This document shows positions 1 through 10,336 of a DNA stretch of 49,090 nt, in pieces; the stretch's first letter is position 1; the number at the start of each line of letters is the position of its first letter. A program made the position numbers and the translations under genes. A model generated the notes under the pieces. It was given only the letters and a program-made list of their open reading frames with translations, searched no databases and was not told where the DNA came from. The DNA comes from Bacteriovoracaceae bacterium (GTDB lineage Bacteria > Bdellovibrionota > Bacteriovoracia > Bacteriovoracales > Bacteriovoracaceae). The stretch lies in assembly GCA_049599895.1 (NCBI GenBank), contig JBMYPC010000003.1, positions 1 through 49,090 on the forward strand, written 5' to 3'.

Positions 1-612
1 ACATTCTTCGGTGATTTTTTCCATCTCATTTAAAAGATGAGAATTGATAAAAATAGTGGTCCCCTGATTCTTTTTGTTTATGATCGCCTCTTTGAGCTCA
101 ACGATTCCAACAGGATCAAGCCCTGAAAAAGGTTCATCAAGTATAATCAACTTATTGTCACCAATAAAACTACTGGCAATTCCGACTCTTTGAAGCTGCC
201 CTTTAGAAAGGGTTTGAACTTTCTTTGAAAGAAGATCTTCTATATTTAAAAGGCTTGCCACATCAAGGATTTGCTCTTTTTGCTTTTCTTTTGAAACACC
301 TTTTAAGCTCGCAACAAAAGAAAGGACATTTTGAACTTTATAAAAAGGATAAAAAGAGAACTTCTCAGGAAGATAAGAAACATTCTTTCTTGAAAGTGGA
401 TCATCTGCATGAACACCAGATATCAGAATATCCCCTTCCGTTGGTTTCACAAGCCCTAAAAGACATTTAACAATCGTACTCTTTCCAGCTCCGTTGGGTC
501 CTAGTAAAGCAAAAACTTTTCCCTCTGGAACACGAAAAGAGACACGATTGAGAGCAAGGGTTTTTCCATAAGATTTTGAAAGATCAATGATTTCAACAAG
601 AGAGTTTTCCAT
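1..612 (-). CDS. ABC transporter ATP-binding protein (3' end runs off the window)
   Basis: Not in the ORF track; translated by hand from ATG at 612: MENSLVEIIDLSKSYG..., Walker A GPNGAGKST, signature LSKGQLQR, Walker B IILDEP, H-loop NSH. Confidence 0.92.
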   Translation of the reverse strand, partial: MENSLVEIIDLSKSYGKTLALNRVSFRVPEGKVFALLGPNGAGKSTIVKCLLGLVKPTEGDILISGVHADDPLSRKNVSYLPEKFSFYPFYKVQNVLSFVASLKGVSKEKQKEQILDVASLLNIEDLLSKKVQTLSKGQLQRVGIASSFIGDNKLIILDEPFSGLDPVGIVELKEAIINKKNQGTTIFINSHLLNEMEKITEEC

Positions 613-614
613 AA

Positions 615-998
615 CTAATCTTTTGTCTCAATGACAGCTGGTTTTCGATTCTCATCGATGTGAACATACTTAAAAAGACCTTCTGTCACTTTCACTCTGC
701 CATCATTTTTATAGGCCCTTGCAGCCCAAGCCTCGAGTTTAATTGTAATGGAGGTTCTCCCAATCTTGTGAACCTCTCCATAGCAGCAAAGGACATCTCC
801 AGTAAACACAGGAAGATGAAAGACCATCGACTCGACAGCAACTGTAACAGTTCTCCCTTCAACAATCTTCTTAGAAAGAATCCCCCCTGCAATATCCATT
901 TGCGAAAGTACCCATCCCCCAAAGATATCGCCATCAGGGTTTGTATCAGCAGGCATTGCAAGAGTTCGTATAATTAAATCACCAGACGGTTCACTCAT
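615..998 (-). CDS. yciA: Acyl-CoA thioesterase (hotdog fold)
   Basis: AMPADTNPDGDIFGGWVLSQMDIAG motif; 127 aa. Confidence 0.9.
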   Translation of the reverse strand: MSEPSGDLIIRTLAMPADTNPDGDIFGGWVLSQMDIAGGILSKKIVEGRTVTVAVESMVFHLPVFTGDVLCCYGEVHKIGRTSITIKLEAWAARAYKNDGRVKVTEGLFKYVHIDENRKPAVIETKD

Positions 999-1012
999 AA
1001 ATCATCCACATT

Positions 1013-1260
1013 TTAAAGTTTATCTATGGCCTTAATCACATCAAGTGGGTCAGCGCGAAATTTGTAATCGGGATCAACAAATTTATAACGAACGATCCCT
1101 TTTTTATCGATAACATATGTTGCAGGGAGAGGAAGCTCATTTTTTCCTCCATTCTGGCTTTCCTTCAGATTAATTCCAAATTTTTGATAGATCTCTTTAA
1201 GAGGTCCCTCGACTTTGTGAACGATATTAAACATCTTAGCAATTTCATAGTCTAAACCTT
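1013..1260 (-). pseudogene. C-terminal remnant of a peroxiredoxin-like (AhpC/TSA) protein
   Basis: GINL..NG..ELPLPATYVID..G.VRY.FVDPDY..RADP is the C-terminal half of this family; an in-frame TAA lies 17 codons upstream of the ATG at 1234; no Cys-containing N-terminal half. Confidence 0.65.
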
Positions 1261-1369
1261 TAGCAATGGTAATTTCGGATACTTAGATTATTTTAAGAAT
1301 TCGAGGGCATTATGACAACAAAAGGCCAAGAATTGTAATATAAGACGACACTATCACCGACTGTAAAAG

Positions 1370-2419
1370 TCAGTTAATCACAATCCCCAGTGATTGCCCT
1401 CCAGAAGAGCCCCCACGGGAATCTCCATTTTGCTCTTCTTCATCTTTTGGAAATAGATTTCGAGGTGCAAAAAAGTATGAGATTTTAGATTCACATTGAT
1501 GAATGAACCAATCAAGTTCTTTTCGAGATAGCCTCTCACCATTTTCCCCTATCCCTTCATACTTATGAAAATCGACAGAGATTGGTCTTAGTTCATTTTT
1601 TTCACCAGTAAAAGGAAGACCTGCATGGGATAGACTATGAATATTCCTCTTCTGAGTCCTCTGATAATGAATGGGATCATTAATATCTTTTTCGACCCTA
1701 TCAAAAAGCGGTGCTCTTTCGTGCTTCAAAACAAGGGAGGCCTCATCTTTTTGCCGGTAAATCGAATGGCAAAGAGAGCGAGTTAAAGTTTTACACTTAA
1801 GCCTTAGATGAGGATAAAGCTTCTCCTTTGATTTATCTTCATTATGACTAGCATAAAGGCGGCTCAACCCTCCTGATGGTTTTTCACGAGTAAGAACTCC
1901 TGCACACTGAGTGTGGGAATCAGCTTGCCTGTCTGCAAAATTAATTGTCTGGGATTTATAAACAGGTCTTCCGTTTAGAGTTTCACCACTTTTTATAATT
2001 TCCGTTACATTACGAATCCGATATCGCCTTGGATCTCTTTCAACTCTAAGAAGAAAAGCAAATCCTGACTCAGGATCATTACCCATATAACTTTCCACAA
2101 GACTATCGGAATGCTTAGGTTGAAATTCATCTTGGTTTTGATGTTCAAAGATCGTTCTTTGGAAATCTTCAATATAATGATCTTGAACACTCCCGCGTGG
2201 ATCTTTTGAATACCTTACTTTAAGTTTCGCTCTTGAATGAACCTTTGTGGGTTTATCATGAGCCAGCTTTTGAATTTCAACTTGATTGTAGAGAAGCTCT
2301 GTAATGTCATTGGGAGCATGGTACTGCTGACCAGAAGGGGCTTCAAACTTCTGGCCCAAGACCAAAGGAACATAGAAAACAATGAGAATGGAGAGAATAC
2401 TACAATTTTTCTGTAACAT
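1370..2419 (-). CDS. Hypothetical secreted protein
   Basis: 349-aa ORF, N-terminal hydrophobic signal, G/S-rich C-terminal tail. Confidence 0.75.
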   Translation of the reverse strand: MLQKNCSILSILIVFYVPLVLGQKFEAPSGQQYHAPNDITELLYNQVEIQKLAHDKPTKVHSRAKLKVRYSKDPRGSVQDHYIEDFQRTIFEHQNQDEFQPKHSDSLVESYMGNDPESGFAFLLRVERDPRRYRIRNVTEIIKSGETLNGRPVYKSQTINFADRQADSHTQCAGVLTREKPSGGLSRLYASHNEDKSKEKLYPHLRLKCKTLTRSLCHSIYRQKDEASLVLKHERAPLFDRVEKDINDPIHYQRTQKRNIHSLSHAGLPFTGEKNELRPISVDFHKYEGIGENGERLSRKELDWFIHQCESKISYFFAPRNLFPKDEEEQNGDSRGGSSGGQSLGIVIN

Positions 2420-2530
2420 TCTCTTAATTATAGTGAATCTTATGAAAGTTAGTATGCTTACGGCCTTAACTATTCGGAACTCTTAGAATTAAAGACGTCT
2501 TTCGATGCCAAAGATTTTTGTCATTGATGA

Positions 2531-3301
2531 TTAACTTGCTTTAGACTCAACATTTTCGTCTTCATCAGACTCAGAAAAAGATTTTCTTCCTCTCAGCCAA
2601 ACACTGTTGATATTTTGAATTTGGTAGAAATCTGATAGTCTGCTCGTAAGGTCCTTCATTGATTTTGGACACATAAATGTTTCAAACTGGATAAGTGTTT
2701 TTCCATTTGTCAGTGTACTTGAAGAGACAATTTTAATATGACCTTTCGCAAGAGTCATAAGCATATCGATGACATTTTGCGAACATTCTGGACGAGTGAC
2801 AACTTCAATAAAGAAAAACTTGTCTCTTTGAAAGAATCGATAAAGCGGATCAATGATGGCGTAAACTGATAAAACAGTGATAGTAAAAAATGTCGCCATG
2901 AAGACATAGCCAAATCCTACAGAAAGCCCAATCGCAGCAGCAACCCAAACAGAAGCCGCAGACGTTATTCCACTAACCCCACTATTGCCTTTTAAGATCG
3001 CACCGGCACCAAGAAATCCAATACCACTAACCACCTGTGCCGCTATCCTGTTAGGATCGGCATTGACATAACCATCGAGCATCAGTGTTGAAATTGCGAC
3101 GTAGATACAAGAGCCTAAACAAATGAGCATATTGGTTTTAATACCGGCGGCCTTCATTTTGGCCTCGCGCTCAATTCCCAACAAAGCACCGAGAAACATT
3201 GAGCAAACGACCTTTATTCCCATTGCGACATAAAGTGGCGTCTCTCCGATAATTTCAATGTTTATTGTTTCTGTCATATACTGCACCTCAGGAACATCCA
3301 T
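2531..3301 (-). CDS. mgtC: MgtC/SapB family membrane protein
   Basis: LGIERE..K.AGIKT, DPNRIAAQVVSGIGFLGAGAIL, GITSAASVW motifs. Confidence 0.9.
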   Translation of the reverse strand: MDVPEVQYMTETINIEIIGETPLYVAMGIKVVCSMFLGALLGIEREAKMKAAGIKTNMLICLGSCIYVAISTLMLDGYVNADPNRIAAQVVSGIGFLGAGAILKGNSGVSGITSAASVWVAAAIGLSVGFGYVFMATFFTITVLSVYAIIDPLYRFFQRDKFFFIEVVTRPECSQNVIDMLMTLAKGHIKIVSSSTLTNGKTLIQFETFMCPKSMKDLTSRLSDFYQIQNINSVWLRGRKSFSESDEDENVESKAS

Positions 3302-3533
3302 AATTTCCTGTATTTACCCCTCGGTATATCTAACCAAAAGAGTTAGGGTTAAGTCAAACTTCCTAACAACTCTCTAACAATCTCTATTTTTTGCCAAACA
3401 TGATCAATATAACTATTTGATTTTATGAAAAGTTTCATAAATCCGAGGAGTTCACCCTAATATTAAAGATATCTCTTAGCTTAGAGGTATTCTATGCCGT
3501 TAAGCATAAGACAAAAGGACAAGCTACTTCAGT

Positions 3534-4295
3534 ATGAAACTAAAAGACAAACCTTACACCAATGTTTTAATTGCGGGATTGCTCACGGCCCTACTTATGG
3601 TTTCACTCTCTTTTCTTCATAAAATCCTTGGGGGAATTTCAGGAACCGGCTCAACTCACAGGCTTGTGACCCTTTTTGGAGGAAACTTTTTTAACGGCGG
3701 CTATATTCAAGGGCTAACCTTCTTTTCTTTTATTTGGGCAATATTAGAAATCTACTCTCAAACAAAAAGTCTATTTAAAGAAAACCAAGCTTTTAAACTG
3801 AAGCTTCTTCCAACAAATGAAAAACACCTTCTTATGGCAGAAGATTTAAAAAGCCTTCAACAAAAAATTTCTGAAATTGAAAAAAGAAAAAATCGAACCC
3901 TGATTTCAAGTCTTATTAAAAATGTTTGCTTAAAGTTTCGCTCAACAAAATCAATTCCAGAGATTTTAGAAATCATCTCAATTCAAACTGACATCAATCG
4001 CGATAAAGCGGAAAGTGATCAGTCTCTTATTCGCTATCTGACCTGGACCATTCCTTCGATCGGGTTTATCGGAACAGTTCTCGGAATTTCAAAGGCCTTA
4101 AGTATTGCTGGAAGTGGTGACATGAAGCTCATTACAGATACTCTCGGTGTTGCCTTTGACACCACTCTCGTCAGTCTCGTTCTTAGTATTATCGTAATGT
4201 ACTTTTTTCATTATCTTCAGGAAAAAACAGATAAGCTTCACGCCAATATTAAAGAATATATTATTGAAAACCTCGTTAACAAAATAGAGGTCTAA
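3534..4295 (+). CDS. MotA/TolQ/ExbB proton-channel family protein
   Basis: IPSIGFIGTVLGI and LGVAFDTTLVSL helices; 4 hydrophobic segments. Confidence 0.88.
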   Translation: MKLKDKPYTNVLIAGLLTALLMVSLSFLHKILGGISGTGSTHRLVTLFGGNFFNGGYIQGLTFFSFIWAILEIYSQTKSLFKENQAFKLKLLPTNEKHLLMAEDLKSLQQKISEIEKRKNRTLISSLIKNVCLKFRSTKSIPEILEIISIQTDINRDKAESDQSLIRYLTWTIPSIGFIGTVLGISKALSIAGSGDMKLITDTLGVAFDTTLVSLVLSIIVMYFFHYLQEKTDKLHANIKEYIIENLVNKIEV

Positions 4296-4299
4296 TCTC

Positions 4300-5166
4300 A
4301 TGAGACGAAAAAGAGAGATTAATGTCTTTAGCATCGCCTTTTTAGATCTTCTCTCAGGCGCGTTAGGTGCCGTCATTATTCTTTACATCTCGATACCTAA
4401 AAATTCACCTCCAGCAAAAGATGAACCTGCTCAGGTCAAGTTTGAAACCTCGAAAGAATCGCCAGATTTAAGATCAAGTATTCGAAAGATCCTAACTCTT
4501 GAAGAAGTTTTAGAAGATAAAAAGAAAACGATTCAAGAGCTAGAGGCCACAGTTGAAAAGCTTCAAGAAAAAAATCGAAAGATCGCGGCCCTCAGTCAAG
4601 ACAAAGGTCATAGAGACATTGATGTTGGTTTTAAATTCAAAGGAAAAAGAATCGTTTTTATTATTGATGTCTCAGGAAGTATGAGAAATGAAGATCGAAT
4701 CGGACAAGTTAAAGCTGGGCTAAAGATGTTGATTACGTCAATGGATCACTCTTTTCATATCGATGTGGTTCATTTTCCAAATGGTATTCAGGGACACTAC
4801 CGCTCTAAATGGGGTAGCCTCAAACAAATGGGTAATCAAAATAAGGACCAAGTCTATCAATTTCTTCATTCTCTAAGACCTTTTGGTGCCACCCCAACAA
4901 GATCCGTTATGCGATACGCTTTAAGAAACTACCCTTCTGCAACAGATATTGTCCTGCTTTCAGATGGTGCCCCAACAAGGCCTAATACCAAACAACGAGA
5001 TGACATTGGTTCGGTTATTCGTGACATTGCTTCACAGAACACAAAAGAAGTTCAAATCAACACTGTTGGGGTTGGTTCAAACTTCCTTACGAATACGCAA
5101 AATGATAAGTATATCTTTCTCAAGAGACTCTCTGAGCTGCACAATGGTTTTTTTGTAGGCTTTTAA
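4300..5166 (+). CDS. ExbD/MotB-like TM anchor + coiled coil + vWA domain protein
   Basis: N-terminal MRRKR..FSIAFLDLLSGALGAVIILYI (Asp in TM); MIDAS motif FIIDVSGSM, GATPT, LLSDG. Confidence 0.85.
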   Translation: MRRKREINVFSIAFLDLLSGALGAVIILYISIPKNSPPAKDEPAQVKFETSKESPDLRSSIRKILTLEEVLEDKKKTIQELEATVEKLQEKNRKIAALSQDKGHRDIDVGFKFKGKRIVFIIDVSGSMRNEDRIGQVKAGLKMLITSMDHSFHIDVVHFPNGIQGHYRSKWGSLKQMGNQNKDQVYQFLHSLRPFGATPTRSVMRYALRNYPSATDIVLLSDGAPTRPNTKQRDDIGSVIRDIASQNTKEVQINTVGVGSNFLTNTQNDKYIFLKRLSELHNGFFVGF

Positions 5167-7655
5167 TCAAGAAACTTATCAAAGTCTTTTTTCTCAAGAA
5201 ACTTTTGTCGTCCTAATAAAGCTAAAAAGACTAAAACAATCAGAAGTACAAGTTCTCCTACGGTATTGTATGGGAAATACTCCACTTCAAAGGCCTTATA
5301 GAGAATGAAATAACTTGCAGAGATCTGAATCAGCACAGCGATCACTGAAGCAAATAAAACGAGAAAGAAAGATTCCATTAAATACATCTCTTTGAGTTTA
5401 GGAGTGCCAATTCCTATGAGATGAAAGTTTTTAAAGTCCTTCATTCGATCTTCTCGATGAAGCTCCATAAGGCCAATGATAATAATAATCCCCAAAAAGA
5501 GAATAAACTTTCCATACCACTGAAAGATAAGATTTAAGCTGCTTAAAACTGTTGTGATCTTAGTAAAGACTCGCCTCACATCAATTGAGGAGACATTGGG
5601 AAGATTTTCATAAAGATCGGCTTGAAGCTCTTCGACTTTAACATTGGAAGTTTCAATAGATGCGATAAATGTTTGAGGAGCATCTTCAAGGATGCCAGAA
5701 GAGAACGATATAAAAAAGTTTGGATCAAAACTCTTCCAATCAATTTTACGAATACTTTTGACAATGGCCTTTTGCTCAATGCCTAAGATATCAAACGTCA
5801 TGGTCGAATCGAGTTTAATACCAAGAAGATCAGCATAACCCTCTTCAATTGAGACATAAGGAACTTCTCTTTCCTCAGGTTTCTGACTAAAAAAATCTTC
5901 TCCCTCAATGATCTTTTCTGAAGGAGAGAGTTTCGCTTGATAACTTAAATTCACGCCTCGTTCAAGAAACCTGTCTCTTCTTTCTGACTCTCTTGTCATG
6001 ACTTCTTCTTTAAGCTCGGTGACTTCTTTGCCATCAATTTTGATTAATCTTGCTCGCACCAGAGGAAGAACACGTCTTGAACTCGCCCCGTGTTTCGCAA
6101 GAACGTCTTCAAGTTTCTGATTCTGTTCAGGTTGAATATCAAAAAGAAAAAGCCCTGGAAGTTTTTGGTTTTTCTCAAAACTTAAACCTATTTTCAGTCC
6201 TTCAGATAACGAGTTGACAAGACCAAAGAGACCTATGGTCAGAGCAAGTAAAAAGATACTGGCAATACTATAGACCGAAAATCTTGTCATATAGGAGATC
6301 CCAGCAAAACGGTAAGGACGCTTCTTTAATGAAAAATATTTTTCAAGTCCTACAAAAATGAACTTAGAGACAATAACCACAAGGACAAGCGAAACAATAA
6401 TCCCTCCCCAGAAACTTAAAAGAACCTGTACGGAAGGAGTCATAATAAAGGCCATAAAAGCAAGATAAGCAATAAGAAGACTGAGACTTATCCAGTATAA
6501 ACGGTTTAATGTTTTTTCTTTATAAATACTTTTAAGCTCAAAACTTATTAAAAAGATGGTAAGCAGAATGTAACTGATAAGAAATTGACCAGACTTTAAA
6601 AGATAGAAGCTCATTGCAGGTTTTTCAATGGCCAGATTAAAATTTTCACTCAATGCCTTCATCACAATAGGAAGACCCAGGAAACAAACCAGACAGATGA
6701 GAGCTGCGGCCAATAACCCCAAAACATTGTAGCCAAAAGCGTAGAGCTTAAAAGCCTGGAAAGTATTTTGTCCAAGCTGGTAGAGGTTTTTCATGGATTC
6801 TTTTTGTTTTTGAAGGGACTTTTGAATCACAAAACTTATGGCAACGATGGCCATCACAAGACAAACAAAACTCCCAAGACCTAAAAAATCACCAATAATT
6901 TTCACTGAACGAGAAACAAACTCTCCATTTTCTTTTGGAGTTCGTACATTGACTCCCTTACCTTCAAACTCTGTTTTGAAGTCTTGAATAAAGCTTTGCT
7001 TTCTTTCACTCTCCCAATTATCGGGAAGCTTAAAATGTTTTTTATATCTTACTGTACTTCCTTTTGAGATTAGCCCTAGAGTTTTAAAGTGTTTAACACT
7101 GAGATAAACTTTCGGTGCCAAAGCTTGACCTTGAACCAAAGCCCCAGGATCATTTTCAATAATCCCTTTAATTTTAAAATCCCTTGAACCAATCTTAACT
7201 TTATCCTCAAGACTGGCTTGAAAAAGATTCATCGCCTCTGGCAAAGCCCAAAGAACGTCATCAGAGTGAAAGCTTTCTTTGTGTTCGTTTGGGATCAGAC
7301 TCCCATAAATGGGGTAACCTTCTGGGACTAAGACTAATTGAAGAAGACGAGTTCTCTCATTAGAGGTCGCCATTGTATAAAGAGAATAAACATTAAAAAG
7401 TTTGGGGGTCTCGCCATTAAAGGTGCTTTCTTCAGCAAACTCTTCAATCTTTTTCTCAGGGAGCGCAAGTCTTGAACTCATCACAAGGTCAGAGCCTAAG
7501 AGTCTTGAAAGGTTGCCACTTAGGTACTGATCCACTCCACTTTTAATCACCTCCACAAGCACAGGTGAAAAGAATCCAAGAGCAATCATAAAAAAGATTT
7601 GCAGCCAAAGACGCTTTTGATGAAGAAAAACTTTTTTAAGATAAAGCCAAGTCAT
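5163..7655 (-). CDS. ybbP: YbbP-like ABC transporter permease (FtsX-like)
   Basis: 830 aa, LLGSDL, GYPIYG, LFLFDIQPEQ, IRKIDWKSFDPNFF; next to ybbA and tesA. Confidence 0.85.
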   Translation of the reverse strand: MTWLYLKKVFLHQKRLWLQIFFMIALGFFSPVLVEVIKSGVDQYLSGNLSRLLGSDLVMSSRLALPEKKIEEFAEESTFNGETPKLFNVYSLYTMATSNERTRLLQLVLVPEGYPIYGSLIPNEHKESFHSDDVLWALPEAMNLFQASLEDKVKIGSRDFKIKGIIENDPGALVQGQALAPKVYLSVKHFKTLGLISKGSTVRYKKHFKLPDNWESERKQSFIQDFKTEFEGKGVNVRTPKENGEFVSRSVKIIGDFLGLGSFVCLVMAIVAISFVIQKSLQKQKESMKNLYQLGQNTFQAFKLYAFGYNVLGLLAAALICLVCFLGLPIVMKALSENFNLAIEKPAMSFYLLKSGQFLISYILLTIFLISFELKSIYKEKTLNRLYWISLSLLIAYLAFMAFIMTPSVQVLLSFWGGIIVSLVLVVIVSKFIFVGLEKYFSLKKRPYRFAGISYMTRFSVYSIASIFLLALTIGLFGLVNSLSEGLKIGLSFEKNQKLPGLFLFDIQPEQNQKLEDVLAKHGASSRRVLPLVRARLIKIDGKEVTELKEEVMTRESERRDRFLERGVNLSYQAKLSPSEKIIEGEDFFSQKPEEREVPYVSIEEGYADLLGIKLDSTMTFDILGIEQKAIVKSIRKIDWKSFDPNFFISFSSGILEDAPQTFIASIETSNVKVEELQADLYENLPNVSSIDVRRVFTKITTVLSSLNLIFQWYGKFILFLGIIIIIGLMELHREDRMKDFKNFHLIGIGTPKLKEMYLMESFFLVLFASVIAVLIQISASYFILYKAFEVEYFPYNTVGELVLLIVLVFLALLGRQKFLEKKDFDKFLD

Positions 7656-7658
7656 AAA

Positions 7659-8363
7659 CTACTGAACCTTATCCTTATCCACATCCATAAGGCAAAGCGT
7701 CCCACCAGTAATGGAATAAACTTTTTCACATTTTTCTGCGAGTTCTTGATTGTGGGTCACTAAGATTAAGGTCGTCTTTTGAAGATCGACTAATTGAAAA
7801 AAGAGATCCACAATCTTATTTCCATTCTCAACATCGAGACTACCGCTAGGCTCATCTGCGATGAGAACCTCTGGTTTCACTGCAAGGGCCCTCGCAATGG
7901 CCACTCGCTGTCTCTCCCCTCCACTCATTTCACTGGGAAGATGATCTTTTCTATGGGAGAGACCAACCTTATCAAGGTAATCTATGGCAATTGACTCACT
8001 ATCTGGAATACCCTTTAAAGAAAGAGGGAAAAGTATATTCTCAAGCGCTGTAAAATGAGAAAAAAGATGAAAATTTTGAAACACAAAACCAATCTTTTCT
8101 AGTCGAAGCTTTGCTCTTTCATTTGAGTTTGAATTCGAAATCATTTGCGAGCAAATTTCGACACTTCCCTTTGAAGGAAGGGTCACTCCTGAGATGATAT
8201 CCAATAAAGTTGATTTACCACTTCCAGAGGGGCCAATAATGGCAACTTTTTGTCCTTTTTGAATTTGAAGGTTAACTCCTTCAAGGACTTTAACTTCTCG
8301 AGTCCCCTGTAAAAAAGTCTTTCCTAAATCTTTAAGCTCAATCAAATTATCGCTCATACTCAC
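7659..8363 (-). CDS. ybbA: YbbA/LolD-like ABC ATP-binding protein
   Basis: [33 protein letters not shown]. Confidence 0.9.
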   Translation of the reverse strand: MSMSDNLIELKDLGKTFLQGTREVKVLEGVNLQIQKGQKVAIIGPSGSGKSTLLDIISGVTLPSKGSVEICSQMISNSNSNERAKLRLEKIGFVFQNFHLFSHFTALENILFPLSLKGIPDSESIAIDYLDKVGLSHRKDHLPSEMSGGERQRVAIARALAVKPEVLIADEPSGSLDVENGNKIVDLFFQLVDLQKTTLILVTHNQELAEKCEKVYSITGGTLCLMDVDKDKVQ

Positions 8364-8368
8364 TCACA

Positions 8369-8983
8369 TTATTTTATAACGGTCTTTAAAACTTTAAGAA
8401 CATTTTTAGCAATTCGTTTATGCCCTTTCTCATTAGGATGAATTCCATCCTCAATGTTCATGTCTTTTTCCCCGGCAACTCCATCAATTAAAAAAGGAAT
8501 CAAAGGAACGCTCCATTTTTTTGCTAACTCTGTATAAATCTTTTCAAAATCATTTTGATACTTCTTTCCATAATTGGGCGGAACTTTCATCCCCGCAAGG
8601 ATCACCGGCACTTTATTATTAAGAGCAAACTCGATGGCCTTACTTAAATTCTCTTTGGAAGACTCAATCTTTACCCCTCGTAAGCCATCATTAGCTCCTA
8701 AGGCCAAAATGAAAAAATCAGGTTTCGCTTTTAAGAACCACTTAATTCGTGCCAGGGAGTTTGCTGTTGTGGAACCACTCACTCCTCCATTAACCACAGT
8801 AAATTTTTTTTCCTTTGATCCTTGATTGAGAAGTTCCTCAAGCATGGCGGGATAGGAATACTCCTTACTGATCCCATAACCCGCAGTAAGGCTATCGCCA
8901 ATTATCACAATTTTTGTCTTTTCTGCTCCACGAGCGAAACTAGTGAAAACAATGACGAGATTGAGTAAAATTAGGACTTTCAA
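8369..8983 (-). CDS. tesA: Arylesterase / thioesterase I (SGNH/GDSL); likely start TTG 8983
   Basis: GDSLTAGY, LGANDGLRG, DGIHPN; GGGAG precedes TTG 8983, which begins a signal peptide. Confidence 0.9.
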   Translation of the reverse strand: MKVLILLNLVIVFTSFARGAEKTKIVIIGDSLTAGYGISKEYSYPAMLEELLNQGSKEKKFTVVNGGVSGSTTANSLARIKWFLKAKPDFFILALGANDGLRGVKIESSKENLSKAIEFALNNKVPVILAGMKVPPNYGKKYQNDFEKIYTELAKKWSVPLIPFLIDGVAGEKDMNIEDGIHPNEKGHKRIAKNVLKVLKTVIK

Positions 8984-9176
8984 GGTTCGTTTCTCCCGAT
9001 AATGGAATGCGTCGAGAAGTTGGCAATTAGCATCCACCGAATGCCCTATTTTATGGGCATTTTCATAGGATTTTCAATGAGATAGTCACTAGACATTTTT
9101 TTAATGATCTTATTTCTCGAGGGTGTAATCTACACTTAAGGTCAAGAGATCTTAAGGAACTAACGATTAGGTATGT

Positions 9177-10334
9177 ATGACAAATAAGTCTTTAAAAAGC
9201 ACATTTTACGTACTGATTCTGGGAGCTTTGCTTACTTCCTGTGCGGGTCCAATGGATCCCTTTGGGGCCAAAGAGCTGGGCCAAGTGCTCAAGGACAACT
9301 CAAAAAACCAATCAAAAGACCTTCTCAATCATTTTGACTTTGATGATTTTACTGAAAGTCCTTCTCTTGCACGAACTCCCGCAAGTGAAGGTAAAAAAAT
9401 TCATCCTGACCACAATCATCAAAGAATTAGCTTTTATCCAGAAAAACAAAACTGGCATGACCGATTTGATTTTCAAATCATTATTGAAGACGAACTTGGA
9501 ATTCCCTACGATTATGAAATCCAGATTCTTTACAATGGTACTCCCCTTTCCGATTCTCAACTTCGAAATTTTAAAGCAAGCTACACCAATGATAGAAAAA
9601 AACTGACCCTAACAAGTTCAAGTTTTAGATTGCCAGTGATGAAAGATCACGACATTCATGTTTTTTATTGGAGAGATCTTGAAACACCTCCTATGATTTC
9701 AAGCTTTGATTAACCTACTTGCCATCCCTTCCAAGGGAAAAACAAAATTTCACATTTTGACGATTTCACGGATAACCAAAAGCTTTTCTCTTCAATTATG
9801 AGACTCTCAAAATCAAGAGGAATCAACCCAAACTTTCTCTCTGCACTTGTGGCCCAGGAATCAAGTTTTAATCCAAAAGCTGTAAGCCCCGCAAGAGCAT
9901 TAGGACTTACACAGATTACTCCTATCGCTGTTGATCAATTAAAAAAGACCCATGGCCTGTCTTGGAAGATTCATCCTGATTCAAGACAGCTTAGTTATCC
10001 AGAACTTAAGCTTGCGGTTAATATGGACTATATTCATAACCAAAATGATTGGAGACTTGATGAGAAGAAATCTCTTTTAGGCGCCATGTATTACATCGAA
10101 TACCTTGATCAGTATTGGAGTAAGGCCCTTCCTGTAGAAGTTGATGAACAGACGAAAACAGATCTTCTCACTGCAAGTTATAATAGTGGTCCCGCTCGAA
10201 TAAAATATCTCTTTGAGCAAGATGGAGACAATTGGAAATCAAGTTCAAAAATTAAAGAAGCTATTAAATATTATAAAAAAGTCAAAAGCTATTGCTATAG
10301 CTTTGAGCACGGTAAACAACCAGAGAAAGGATAA
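9177..10334 (+). pseudogene. Lipoprotein lytic transglycosylase (SLT) interrupted by one in-frame TAA at 9711-9713
   Basis: ORFs 9177-9713 and 9798-10334 share a frame with 28 open codons between them; lipobox LTSC; SLT motifs QESSFNP.AVS, GLTQI, SYNSG. Confidence 0.75.
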
Positions 10335-10336
10335 TC

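Noticed and set aside
225..470. 81-aa + strand ORF
   Set aside because: Antisense shadow of the ABC ATPase gene on the - strand
3363..3380. CTAACAA direct repeat at 11-bp spacing as a regulator site
   Set aside because: Too short to distinguish from chance in AT-rich DNA
3534..5166. Zorya ZorAB defence system
   Set aside because: No long ZorA tail, no OmpA-like domain, no zorC/D/E neighbours
9711..9713. Genome-wide TAA recoding
   Set aside because: Many well-conserved genes here (fabH, nadE, ald, tas) end at TAA at the expected length
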